Origin: Clostridiales bacterium
GTDB lineage: Bacteria; Bacillota; Clostridia; Christensenellales; SZUA-584
NCBI GenBank assembly: GCA_029265435.1
Contig: JAJUJH010000005.1
Location: forward strand, 1 to 43,301
Direction: 5' to 3'
DNA: 43,301 nt
In this document: piece after piece, positions 29,003 through 37,672 of the stretch
Numbering within the stretch: the first letter of the stretch is position 1
How the letters are laid out: each line of letters begins with the position of its first letter
Position numbers and translations under genes: made by a program
Notes under the pieces: model-generated
Database searches by the model: none
What the model was told of the DNA's origin: nothing
What the model saw: only the letters and a program-made list of their open reading frames with translations

Positions 29003-30733
29003 ATGGAATCCAGTCAGCTCAAAAAGCTCGTTGACACAGCCGCGGGCAGAATACCTGCCGATACCGTGATTAAAAATTGCAGGGTTGTTGATGTTTTCAA
29101 TTCCGCCGTTGTGGAGGGGGACATTGCAATATGCGGCGGACAGATCGCGGGCGTGGGGCGATACGACGGGCTTCAAACCGTTGATGCGAACGGCCTTTAT
29201 GCCGCGCCGGGGTTTATTGACAGCCATATCCATATTGAATCGTCATATGTGAGTCCGGAGGAATTGGGCAGGCTCATTGTGCCGCACGGCACCACCACGA
29301 TCATGGCCGATCCGCACGAAATCGCGAACGTATGCGGCCTGAGCGGCCTGCAATACATGGCCGAAGCGTCAAAAAAAACGGCGCTGGATATCAAAATGAT
29401 GATGCCTTCCTGTGTGCCTGCCACACCGTTTGAACACAGCGGCGCTCAGATCGAGGCGGAAGATATGGACGAATGGCTGTCGGGCGGCAGTATATTCGGA
29501 CTGGGCGAGTTTATGAACTTCCCCGGCGTGATCGGCGCCGACAGCCGAGTGCTGGCGAAGCTGGCCGCCGCGAAAAGATACGGAAGAATCATCGACGGGC
29601 ATTGCCCGGGCATTGCCGGCAATGAGCTCAACGCCTATGCGTCGGCGGGAATACGCACCGACCATGAATGCTCGACCGCGGAAGAAATGCTCGACCGCAT
29701 TTATAGAGGAATGTATGTGCTGATGCGCCAGGGTTCGGCGTGTCATAATCTTCCTGATCTGATCAAAGGGCTGACGCCCGCGAACAGCAGGCGCTGTCTT
29801 TTGTGCTCGGACGACTGCCAGCCGAAAACGATACTCAGCGACGGACATCTTGACCATCATCTGCGTATTTTGACAGGCGCGGGCATCGACCCCATCACCG
29901 CGATACAGATGGCCACTCTCAATGCGTCGGAGTGCTACGGCCTTGCCGACAGGGGCGCCATTGCGCCCGGCTTGCGCGCCGATATCGTTCTGCTCGGCGA
30001 TCTGGAACGTTTCAGAGTGGATAAGGTGTTTATTGCGGGAACGGAAGCGGCCGCCGGCGGCAGATATTTATTGCCTGTTGAAAGGCACGATATCTCTTTG
30101 ACAAAAGGCCGTTTTTATGTCAAGGATTTCTCAAAAGAAAAGCTGCGGCTGATTATCCGTTCAAACAAGGCGCACGTCATCGCCATGCGGCCCGGAGGCG
30201 TCGTGACGGGAAAGGAGATCGCGGAGGTCAAAACCGACGATAACGGAGAATTTATCTATGAGCCGGACAAAGACGTTGTCAAAATCGCCGTCGTCGAGCG
30301 CCATCAAAACACGGGAAACGTGTCCGTTGCGCTTTTGAAAGGATACGGCATCAAAAGGGGCGCTGTCGCTCTTTCCATCGCGCATGATTCTCACAACATC
30401 ATAACGGTGGGCGTGAACGATGACGATATGGCATTTGCCGTTCGGGAATTGATCAAGCAGGGCGGCGGCCTGATGCTTGCGCTCAACGGCCAGATCGTCG
30501 AAAGCATGCCAATGCCCATTGCGGGCCTCATGAGCGACCAAAGCGGAGAATGGGTCAAGGAAAAGCTCGAAAGCATTCATGACGCGGCAATCCATACGCT
30601 CGGCATATCCGGTCATGTGGAGCCTGTGATGACGCTGAGCTTTATGGCGCTGCCTGTGATTCCGGAGCTGAAGCTGACGGATATGGGGCTTTTTGACGTT
30701 GCGAAGTTCGGTTTTATTCCGATTGAAGCATAG
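29003..30733 (+). CDS. ade: Adenine deaminase
   Basis: DSHIHIESS; DPHEIANV; PSCVPAT; GEFMNFPG; DHEC; IAHDSHN; LPVIPELKLT. Confidence 0.96.
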   Translation: MESSQLKKLVDTAAGRIPADTVIKNCRVVDVFNSAVVEGDIAICGGQIAGVGRYDGLQTVDANGLYAAPGFIDSHIHIESSYVSPEELGRLIVPHGTTTIMADPHEIANVCGLSGLQYMAEASKKTALDIKMMMPSCVPATPFEHSGAQIEAEDMDEWLSGGSIFGLGEFMNFPGVIGADSRVLAKLAAAKRYGRIIDGHCPGIAGNELNAYASAGIRTDHECSTAEEMLDRIYRGMYVLMRQGSACHNLPDLIKGLTPANSRRCLLCSDDCQPKTILSDGHLDHHLRILTGAGIDPITAIQMATLNASECYGLADRGAIAPGLRADIVLLGDLERFRVDKVFIAGTEAAAGGRYLLPVERHDISLTKGRFYVKDFSKEKLRLIIRSNKAHVIAMRPGGVVTGKEIAEVKTDDNGEFIYEPDKDVVKIAVVERHQNTGNVSVALLKGYGIKRGAVALSIAHDSHNIITVGVNDDDMAFAVRELIKQGGGLMLALNGQIVESMPMPIAGLMSDQSGEWVKEKLESIHDAAIHTLGISGHVEPVMTLSFMALPVIPELKLTDMGLFDVAKFGFIPIEA

Positions 30734-30757
30734 CAAAATAAAAAGGAGGCTGCGGTG

Positions 30758-32242
30758 ATGGCGGGCTATATTTTGGCGCTGGATCAGGGAACCACCAGCT
30801 CGCGCGCGATTCTGTTCGATCGGGATCAGAATATCGTCGGAATGGCGCAAAAAGAGTTTACTCAGTATTATCCCAAACAGGGCTGGGTTGAGCATGACCC
30901 GATGGAAATCTACTCGTCCCAATACGCCGTGATGATGGAGGTCATCACAAAGAGCGGCGTCGATATCAAAGACATTGCCGCCATTGGTATCGCGAACCAG
31001 CGTGAAACGACGGTCGTTTGGGATAAGCTTACCGGAAAGCCTGTTTATAACGCCATTGTTTGGCAATGCCGGAGGACCGCCGGGCTGACCGACGCGCTGA
31101 AGGCCAAAGGGCTTGGCGATCATATCAGAGAAGCTACGGGGCTTGTGCCCGACGCCTATTTTTCGGGCACGAAAATCAAATGGATACTCGATCATGTGGA
31201 CGGTGTGCGCAAGCGCGCCGAAAAGGGCGAGGTATTGTTCGGAACGGTAGACAGCTGGCTTGTATGGAAGCTCACAAACGGCGAACGGCATGTGACGGAT
31301 TATACCAACGCGTCACGGACGATGATCTATAATATCAAAACGCTTGACTGGGACGAAACCCTGCTGCGTGAGATGGATATTCCGCGGGGGATGCTGCCCG
31401 AAGTGAGAAGCTGCAGCGAGATTTACGGCTATGCCGCCATACAGGGCGTTCGGGTGCCGATCGCGGGCATAGCGGGCGATCAGCAGGCCGCGCTGTTCGG
31501 GCAGGCTTGCTTTAAAAGCGGAGAAGCCAAAAACACTTACGGTACGGGGTGCTTCCTGCTCATGAATACGGGGGAAACGCCGGTGACCAGCCGGAACGGA
31601 CTGCTTACTACGATCGCCGCCGGCTATCACGGCAAGGTGCAGTACGCGCTGGAAGGAAGCGTGTTTGCGGGCGGCGCTGTGATACAATGGCTGCGCGACG
31701 AGATGCGGTTGATTGAGGAAAGCCGCGACGCGGAATATTATGCGCAAAAGGTTTCCGATACGGGCGGGGTATATCTTGTGCCCGCCTTTACCGGCCTTGG
31801 CGCGCCGTATTGGGACATGTACGCACGCGGCTGCCTGATCGGCATCACACGGGGCACGCGGCGTGAGCATATCATCCGCGCGGCGCAGGAGTCCATCGCG
31901 TACCAAAGCCTTGAGCTTGTGGAAGCAATGGAAAAAGACAGCGGCATTACGCTCGGTTCGCTCAATGCGGACGGCGGTGCGAGCCGCGACGGGTTTCTGA
32001 TGCAGTTCCAGGCGGATATTCTCAACAAGCCCGTCAGACGTCCGAAGATACGGGAGACGACCGCTCTGGGCGCCGCTTTTCTTGCGGGGCTCGCGGTCGG
32101 GATTTGGAAGGATACCGAAGCGATCAAAGAGAGCCGGGAGGACGATATCTGCTTTGTTCCGAATATGGACGGCGAAAGGCGTGAAAAGCTTATCGGCGGA
32201 TGGCGCAAAGCGGTGGAGCGAAGCCTTGGCTGGGAGCGCTGA
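30758..32242 (+). CDS. glpK: Glycerol kinase
   Basis: [10 protein letters not shown]; NQRETT; WQCRRT; [10 protein letters not shown]; KNTYGTGCF; [11 protein letters not shown]. Confidence 0.96.
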   Translation: MAGYILALDQGTTSSRAILFDRDQNIVGMAQKEFTQYYPKQGWVEHDPMEIYSSQYAVMMEVITKSGVDIKDIAAIGIANQRETTVVWDKLTGKPVYNAIVWQCRRTAGLTDALKAKGLGDHIREATGLVPDAYFSGTKIKWILDHVDGVRKRAEKGEVLFGTVDSWLVWKLTNGERHVTDYTNASRTMIYNIKTLDWDETLLREMDIPRGMLPEVRSCSEIYGYAAIQGVRVPIAGIAGDQQAALFGQACFKSGEAKNTYGTGCFLLMNTGETPVTSRNGLLTTIAAGYHGKVQYALEGSVFAGGAVIQWLRDEMRLIEESRDAEYYAQKVSDTGGVYLVPAFTGLGAPYWDMYARGCLIGITRGTRREHIIRAAQESIAYQSLELVEAMEKDSGITLGSLNADGGASRDGFLMQFQADILNKPVRRPKIRETTALGAAFLAGLAVGIWKDTEAIKESREDDICFVPNMDGERREKLIGGWRKAVERSLGWER

Positions 32243-32279
32243 ATCAAACTTTTCATATGATATGGCAAAAGAAGATGAT

Positions 32280-32429
32280 CAGCTTGTCGAAAAACCTTCG
32301 GTTTTACGACAGTTTTCCGGTTTTGCTTGTTCCTCGCAAGCTCGAAACGGCGCAAAACCGCAAGGTGCGGCTGCGCGGGCAAAGCCCGTCTTGCCCACAT
32401 ATTATAATTTTAGCTTTATTGACAGTCTG
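32280..32429 (+). mobile_element. MITE-like element, copy A (150 bp)
   Basis: Ends CAGCTTGTCGAAAAA ... TTTATTGACAGTCTG (11/15 inverted match); flanked by ATGAT direct repeat; homologous to the reverse complement of 33947-34079. Confidence 0.75.
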
Positions 32430-32435
32430 ATGATG

Positions 32436-32467
32436 TTGATTTGCCGCCGCGTTATTGCTAGTATAAT
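32436..32467 (+). promoter_or_regulatory. Putative sigma-A promoter of xdhC
   Basis: TTGATT-N17-TAGTAT with TGn, overlapping a TATAAT at 32462. Confidence 0.5.
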
Positions 32468-32496
32468 CGAAAAAGGTTTGAAAGGTCATAACACTC

Positions 32497-33555
32497 ATGA
32501 AAAACCATATCTACACGGACATTATGAATGCGCTCCGCGCCGGCAAATGCGCGGTGCTTCAGCAGAGGCTGCCTCAGGATGAAGGCGATACCGCCTCTAT
32601 CATCAAGAATTTGATGGATCCGGAAGACGCCCATGCCATAAGCGCCATTCAGATCGGTGCGCCTGTGCTGAATACCGAGAACGGCGCCGCAACCGTTTTG
32701 GAGCCGTTTTTTCCAGAACAGCGGCTTATTGTGCTGGGCGGCGGGCACGTCGCGCTGCCCGTTGTGGATTTTGCGTCAAAAACGGGGTTTTCCGTGGTGG
32801 TTGCCGATGACAGGCCGAGCTTTGCGAACCCGATGCGTTTTCCGTCTGCCGACGGCGTGATATGCGAGAGCTTTGAAAAGGTATTCGACAGGCTCAATGT
32901 CACATCGTCCGACTATGTGGTCATCATCACGCGCGGCCACCGGTACGACATGCTTTGCCTTGAGAAGGTGCTTCAGGGCCCGGAGCCGTTTTATGTGGGC
33001 ATGATCGGTTCACGATCGCGCGTCGCCGCGGTCAAAAACGCGCTGATTGAAATGGGGTATGATGCGGCGCGCGTCGAACGCACGCATACTCCCATCGGGC
33101 TCAAGATCGGCGCGCTTACTCCCGCGGAGATCGCCATATCCATATTGGCGGAGATGATTTCCTGCAAGCGCCTCGGCGGAGGAAGCGGCGCCACGAACCG
33201 TTCGGATATGGACATGAACGTGCTGCGCGTGCTGGCCGAGGAAACGGGAGAGCCAAAGGCCGTCGTCACCGTGTTGTCCGCCAGGGGCTCCGTACCGCGC
33301 GGTCCGGGCGCTAAAATGCTCGTGTATCCCGACCGCCGCATTATCGGCAGCATCGGCGGCGGCTGCTGCGAATCCGCTGTCATCGACATCGCGTGCCGGA
33401 TGATCGGCACGGGCCGGTACCGCCTGCACACCGTCAATCTGACCGCAGATATCACCGAGGAGGAAGGCATGGCCTGCGGCGGCATGCTGCAGGTGCTGAT
33501 CGAGGATTTCCAGCCGGAATTTTCGGCTGCTCAGGAAATCACGAACAAAGGATGA
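32497..33555 (+). CDS. XdhC/CoxI-family molybdoenzyme maturation factor
   Basis: Rossmann-like GGGHVA...DDRPSF...TRGH..D...GMIGSR...PIGLKIGA.TPAEIA; C-terminal GSVPRGPGAKM...GSIGGGC...CGG. Confidence 0.9.
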   Translation: MKNHIYTDIMNALRAGKCAVLQQRLPQDEGDTASIIKNLMDPEDAHAISAIQIGAPVLNTENGAATVLEPFFPEQRLIVLGGGHVALPVVDFASKTGFSVVVADDRPSFANPMRFPSADGVICESFEKVFDRLNVTSSDYVVIITRGHRYDMLCLEKVLQGPEPFYVGMIGSRSRVAAVKNALIEMGYDAARVERTHTPIGLKIGALTPAEIAISILAEMISCKRLGGGSGATNRSDMDMNVLRVLAEETGEPKAVVTVLSARGSVPRGPGAKMLVYPDRRIIGSIGGGCCESAVIDIACRMIGTGRYRLHTVNLTADITEEEGMACGGMLQVLIEDFQPEFSAAQEITNKG

Positions 33556-33560
33556 TCACG

Positions 33561-33920
33561 ATGGATAAAGCAGAAAGGGAAAAAATCCGGCACATTATTG
33601 ACAAAAGAAATGCCGCGCATACTGAACTTAGCCAAAAATCGGATGTATATCGCGCGTTTCTCGGCATGGAAGAAGCCGCTTTTTTAGACGGAGCTCTGAC
33701 AAAGCTTGAAAAGGAGCTGATTGCCGTGGGCATATCCGTCGTAATCAACTGTGAATCGTGTATGGAGTGGCATATTCATCAGGCGGTTTTAAACGGCGCA
33801 AGCGAAAAGCAGGTGATGGAAGCCATCGGCGTGGGTATCGAAATGGGCGGCGGCCCCGCGACGGTATCCGCAAGGTTTGCAATGAGTGCGCTTGAATATC
33901 ATCTGGATACCGGCATATAA
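33561..33920 (+). CDS. Carboxymuconolactone decarboxylase / AhpD-family protein
   Basis: GALTKLEKELIAVGISVVINCESCMEWHI; MGGGP; alternative start at 33552 overlaps the xdhC stop. Confidence 0.88.
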   Translation: MDKAEREKIRHIIDKRNAAHTELSQKSDVYRAFLGMEEAAFLDGALTKLEKELIAVGISVVINCESCMEWHIHQAVLNGASEKQVMEAIGVGIEMGGGPATVSARFAMSALEYHLDTGI

Positions 33921-33946
33921 ACAAAAGCGGCCCGTTTCGGCCGCCT

Positions 33947-34079
33947 CAGACTGTCAATAAATCTAGAAAAATCATTTGTGGGAAAAAGGGCTTTGCCCGC
34001 GCCGCCCGCACCTTGCGGTTTTGCGCCGTATTGAGAGGTACAAGCAAAGCCGGAAAACCGAAGGTCTTTCGACAAGCTG
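33947..34079 (-). mobile_element. MITE-like element, copy B (133 bp), inverted relative to copy A
   Basis: Ends CAGACTGTCAATAAA ... TTTCGACAAGCTG; flanked by 22-bp direct repeats at 33925-33946 and 34080-34101 (20/22 identical). Confidence 0.8.
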
Positions 34080-34113
34080 AAGCGGCCCGTTCCGGCTGCC
34101 TATGTACCCGCAT

Positions 34114-34329
34114 CTAACAGCAATTGCTGATGCAGAATGTCACGGCTTCAATGTCTCTCAAGCGGCAGATAGTTACGCATCCGCGGCAGACGATCTTGCA
34201 GGCGTCGTCGGAAACCCCCGTTAAAAGTCCCTTGAAGCTGCCTCCCGATGTGGTCACGCACACACATTCGTCGATATTATCCTCAAGCTCGCTTAAAATG
34301 CTGTCGCGATGGTCGCAATCATATGACAT
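34114..34329 (-). CDS. Small Cys-rich protein (71 aa, 10 Cys), possible spore coat/exosporium protein
   Basis: AAAGGGAG RBS; V.VTT.GGSFKGLLTGV.DD pattern suggests an Sm-like/DUF2642-like fold. Confidence 0.65.
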   Translation of the reverse strand: MSYDCDHRDSILSELEDNIDECVCVTTSGGSFKGLLTGVSDDACKIVCRGCVTICRLRDIEAVTFCISNCC

Positions 34330-34409
34330 GGCTTTCGCTCCCTTTCATTCGATGTTAGCTGATACCATATTATTCAACACACCGTTTTTTGTGACAGCCT
34401 TTCTTCAAG

Positions 34410-35108
34410 CTAAAAATCGACGAGGCCGTATTCGTTAAGCCGCTTGTCGCAAATCTTTCGCTGCGGGAAGTACGATTCGAGCGCCTTGTAAAACGCGCTT
34501 GAATGGTTTGGCGAATCCAAATGGCACAATTCATGCATAATCACATAGTCGATCAGTTCCGTTTCACAGCGAAGCAGATGCACCGACAGGCTCAGATTAA
34601 GCCGCTTCGTGTTGATGCTGCCCCATCGCGTGAGCATGTTTCTCACCGAAAGGCTGATCGCCGCGTTTGAATGGAAAACCTTTTGCATGGCGGCAAGCCG
34701 GGTTAAGAACACGTCCTTTGCCGTGCGCGTCATAAACCGCGCAAACGCCGTTTTGACGTTTGTTTCGGGCGGAACGCAGAGCACCAGCTCGCCGCCGTCT
34801 ATGCCTGCCCATGCTTTTTTGTCGCGCACCACGCGCAATGTCATCCGCCGCCCCAGTATCATCAGGCTGTCGCCGCTGGCATACGAAGCCGGATAACAGC
34901 GGCTGCGTTTCTGCTCCACCGCATGAAGCCGTTCTTTGATGAACCGCTCGTTCTGCGCCACAAACGCGATGATGCGGTTTTCCGGAAGATGATGGGGAGC
35001 CGATACGCAGACGCGCTTATCGCCCGACACGCGAATGCGCATATTCTTCATATTCTTCCGACGGATCGTGAACTCGATCCCGCTCAGCTCGGTCTCTTTT
35101 TTCTTCAT
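34410..35108 (-). CDS. M48-family (YgjP/DUF45) zinc metallohydrolase
   Basis: RWGS; DYVIMHELCH (HExxH); NHS..FY; probable start MKKKE at 35108. Confidence 0.88.
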   Translation of the reverse strand: MKKKETELSGIEFTIRRKNMKNMRIRVSGDKRVCVSAPHHLPENRIIAFVAQNERFIKERLHAVEQKRSRCYPASYASGDSLMILGRRMTLRVVRDKKAWAGIDGGELVLCVPPETNVKTAFARFMTRTAKDVFLTRLAAMQKVFHSNAAISLSVRNMLTRWGSINTKRLNLSLSVHLLRCETELIDYVIMHELCHLDSPNHSSAFYKALESYFPQRKICDKRLNEYGLVDF

Positions 35109-35244
35109 AGCCCTATCATACACAAAAACGGCCGTTTTGTCCTGTGCAGACGCAAAATGAACCGAACGATTTTATGCAATTTTTTCAGGCTATGTTTTTT
35201 TGATGGGCGCAAATAATAAGCTTACTTCACTGCGAGGAACAACG

Positions 35245-36510
35245 ATGACAAGCACGACGCAATCCGGCAAACAGCTGATAATTACCGGCGGCAGTCCGCT
35301 TAACGGGCGGTGCGGCGTCAGCACATCCAAAAACGCCATACTGCCCATTCTTGCGGCATCGCTGCTCACGTCGGAGCCCGTGACCATACACAAGGTCCCG
35401 GCCATCAGCGACGTCAAAAACATGTTTACGTTGCTGCGCGCATTCGGCGCCCGTATCAGCATTGCCGGCGACGACGTCACAATCACGACAAAATCCATCA
35501 AAACGACGTCGCCCGCCGCCAATATCATGGAGAAGCTGCGGGCCTCCATACTTTTCATGGGGCCTATGCTTGCGCGAGAAGGCAGCGTGACGCTGCCTCT
35601 CCCGGGGGGATGCCGTATCGGCGCGCGACCAATCGACATCCACATTCAGGGGTTTCGGGCGCTTGGGGCGAAATCCGTCACCGTCAACGGGCATGTGCAC
35701 GCATGGGGCCGCCCTCTCCACGGGGCGGATATCCTTTTGCGGTTTCCTTCCGTCGGCGCGACGGAAAACCTGATCATGGCGGCGTCGCTGGCCGTGGGCG
35801 ATACCGTGATCCGCGGCGCGGCTTTCGAGCCCGAGGTGACGGATCTGATACGATTTTTGAATACGATGGGTGCGCGGATTGAGACGGCATCAGACCGTAT
35901 TATGATTCGCGGCGTGAAGGCGCTGTCCGGCACGGAATACACGCCGATAGCCGACCGCATTGAAGCCGGTACGCTGATGCTGGCCGCCGCCGTCACAGGC
36001 GGCGAGGTGGACTTGCTGCGCGCCGATGCCGGGCATTTAAAGCCTGTCTGCGACAAGCTGATTGAAGCGGGCGCGGAGATCTTTCCGTACGAAAACGGCA
36101 TCAGAATCCGTGGACGCGGCGTCCGTCCTTTAAACATCGTTTCATCGCCGTTTCCCGGGTTTCCGACGGACATGCAGGCGCCCTTTATGGCGGCCTGCTG
36201 CTTTGCGAAAGGACGTAGCACGATTGATGAAACGGTGTTTGAAAACCGTTTTCTTCATGTGGATGAGCTCAGAAAAATGGGCGCGGATATCACGGTGAAC
36301 GGCCGCACGGCATATGTCAACGGAACCGGCCGCCTGCACGGCGCAGAGGTTTCCGCGACGGATCTTCGCGCGGGAGCGGCGCTATGCATCGCAGGGCTGC
36401 TTGCGCAGGGCGAAACCGTCATTTCAAACATCTATCACATCGACCGCGGTTATGAAAATTTAGAAGCCAAGCTTTTATGTCTAGGCGCGCGCATTGTTCG
36501 TCTGTCATAA
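35245..36510 (+). CDS. murA: UDP-N-acetylglucosamine 1-carboxyvinyltransferase
   Basis: SKNAILP; PGGCRIGARPID (catalytic Cys); PSVGATEN; PGFPTDMQ; DLRAGA; HIDRGYE. Confidence 0.96.
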   Translation: MTSTTQSGKQLIITGGSPLNGRCGVSTSKNAILPILAASLLTSEPVTIHKVPAISDVKNMFTLLRAFGARISIAGDDVTITTKSIKTTSPAANIMEKLRASILFMGPMLAREGSVTLPLPGGCRIGARPIDIHIQGFRALGAKSVTVNGHVHAWGRPLHGADILLRFPSVGATENLIMAASLAVGDTVIRGAAFEPEVTDLIRFLNTMGARIETASDRIMIRGVKALSGTEYTPIADRIEAGTLMLAAAVTGGEVDLLRADAGHLKPVCDKLIEAGAEIFPYENGIRIRGRGVRPLNIVSSPFPGFPTDMQAPFMAACCFAKGRSTIDETVFENRFLHVDELRKMGADITVNGRTAYVNGTGRLHGAEVSATDLRAGAALCIAGLLAQGETVISNIYHIDRGYENLEAKLLCLGARIVRLS

Positions 36511-36532
36511 ACCCGAAGCCTTCGCATACACT
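36505..36532 (+). promoter_or_regulatory. Putative sigma-E promoter of spoIID
   Basis: TCATA-N15-CATACACT matches the sigma-E consensus; spoIID is sigma-E dependent in model spore formers. Confidence 0.65.
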
Positions 36533-36575
36533 GCTTTATGGAACGCCACACCGTATTGATAAAGGAGTTTTTGAT

Positions 36576-37568
36576 TTGTGGAGGAAAACGCGCGGTTTGA
36601 GCCGCGAAAGCGCATGCATCATCGCAATCGTTGTATTCATCCTTTTGGCTGTCGTCCTGCCCGCCGTTTCCGTTAAAAAAAACGCCGCGCCCGCCGAAAA
36701 CGACCCGATGCCGGAAATCGAATTCAGCATTTCAAAACTACCCGAATCCGGCGATATCACCGTCTGGGTTGACGGAAATTATAAGAAAATGCCCATGGAA
36801 GAATATCTTGTGGGCGTTGTGGCGGCGGAAATGCCCGCCTCATATGAAATGGAGGCGCTTAAGGCACAGGCCGTCGCCGCACGCACCTATACGCAGTATA
36901 AAAGGGATCACGGCGGATGCTCCGCACATCCCGGCGCGGATATATGCGGCGACAGCAATCATTGCCAGGCGTATATGACGCCTCAGGAAATGGCCGATGA
37001 ATGGGGAAGCGACGCCGCGAAGTATACACAGAAAATTGTGGACGCCGTCAACGAAACGCGCGGTCAAATGATCTATTACGACGGCGAAGAAATACAGGTG
37101 TTTTTCTGCGCTTCGGCGGGCGGACGCACCGAAAACAGCGAAAACGTGTACGGCAAAGCGCTGCCCTATCTTGTGAGCGTCAGCAGCGAGGGAGAGGAAA
37201 CGTCGTCGCACTATTACGGCGAAGTGACCGTCAGCCGTGAGACGTTTATCAAAAAAATGAAGGCTTTCTCACCGGGCATCAAGTTTGATTCGTCTCAGAT
37301 CATCGGCAAAATCACCCGTTTTGAAAGCGGTCGCGTGGAGAGCATCGAAATCGGAAACGAGACGTTTACGGGCCGCGAGGTGCGCGAGATATTCGGTCTC
37401 AATTCCGCGAATTTCACCGTCAAGGCAGACGATTCGATCACCTTTTCCACGATCGGCTTCGGGCACGGCGTGGGCATGAGCCAAACCGGCGCCAACGCGA
37501 TGGCCAAAAAAGGTGCGGATTATATCGAGATTCTGACCCACTATTTCACGGGCGTCACGGTGAAATAA
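36576..37568 (+). CDS. spoIID: Stage II sporulation protein D (lytic transglycosylase)
   Basis: TTG at 36576 after AAGGAG; N-terminal TM; EEYLVGVVAAEMPASY..EALKAQAVAARTY; GFGHGVGMSQ; follows murA. Confidence 0.93.
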   Translation: MWRKTRGLSRESACIIAIVVFILLAVVLPAVSVKKNAAPAENDPMPEIEFSISKLPESGDITVWVDGNYKKMPMEEYLVGVVAAEMPASYEMEALKAQAVAARTYTQYKRDHGGCSAHPGADICGDSNHCQAYMTPQEMADEWGSDAAKYTQKIVDAVNETRGQMIYYDGEEIQVFFCASAGGRTENSENVYGKALPYLVSVSSEGEETSSHYYGEVTVSRETFIKKMKAFSPGIKFDSSQIIGKITRFESGRVESIEIGNETFTGREVREIFGLNSANFTVKADDSITFSTIGFGHGVGMSQTGANAMAKKGADYIEILTHYFTGVTVK

Positions 37569-37621
37569 ACCGTATGTTCATTGCAGCCCCTCAGCAACGG
37601 CGCGGCATTTTTTAAGGCGCC

Positions 37622-37651
37622 GTATTTTTTTGCGCAATTATGGGAATGATG
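37622..37651 (+). promoter_or_regulatory. Putative sigma-F promoter of spoIIQ
   Basis: GTATT-N15-GGGAATGAT resembles the sigma-F consensus. Confidence 0.5.
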
Positions 37652-37672
37652 TAAGCGTGGAGGTGTGAAACA

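Noticed and set aside
18509-31291. Long antisense ORFs (e.g. 18509-19648, 24743-25891, 30161-31291)
   Set aside because: They are shadows of well-supported genes, expected with GC-rich codon usage, and have no motifs or RBS.
32345-32400. c-di-GMP-I (GEMM) riboswitch, suggested by GCAAAACC-GCAA-GGT...GCAAAGCC
   Set aside because: There is no recognisable P2 hairpin or tetraloop receptor. The motif lies inside a TIR-bounded repeat upstream of the likely xdhC promoter, and the second copy is not in a 5' leader.
32419-32447. Hybrid promoter formed by TTGACA at the element's end driving xdhC
   Set aside because: There is no -10 hexamer at 16-18 nt spacing, and a native promoter lies further downstream.
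32280-34079. Composite transposon or invertible segment carrying xdhC-cmd between the two inverted elements
   Set aside because: Each copy retains its own separate flanking duplication (5 bp and 22 bp) and the outer flanks do not match. This indicates independent insertions with no net inversion.
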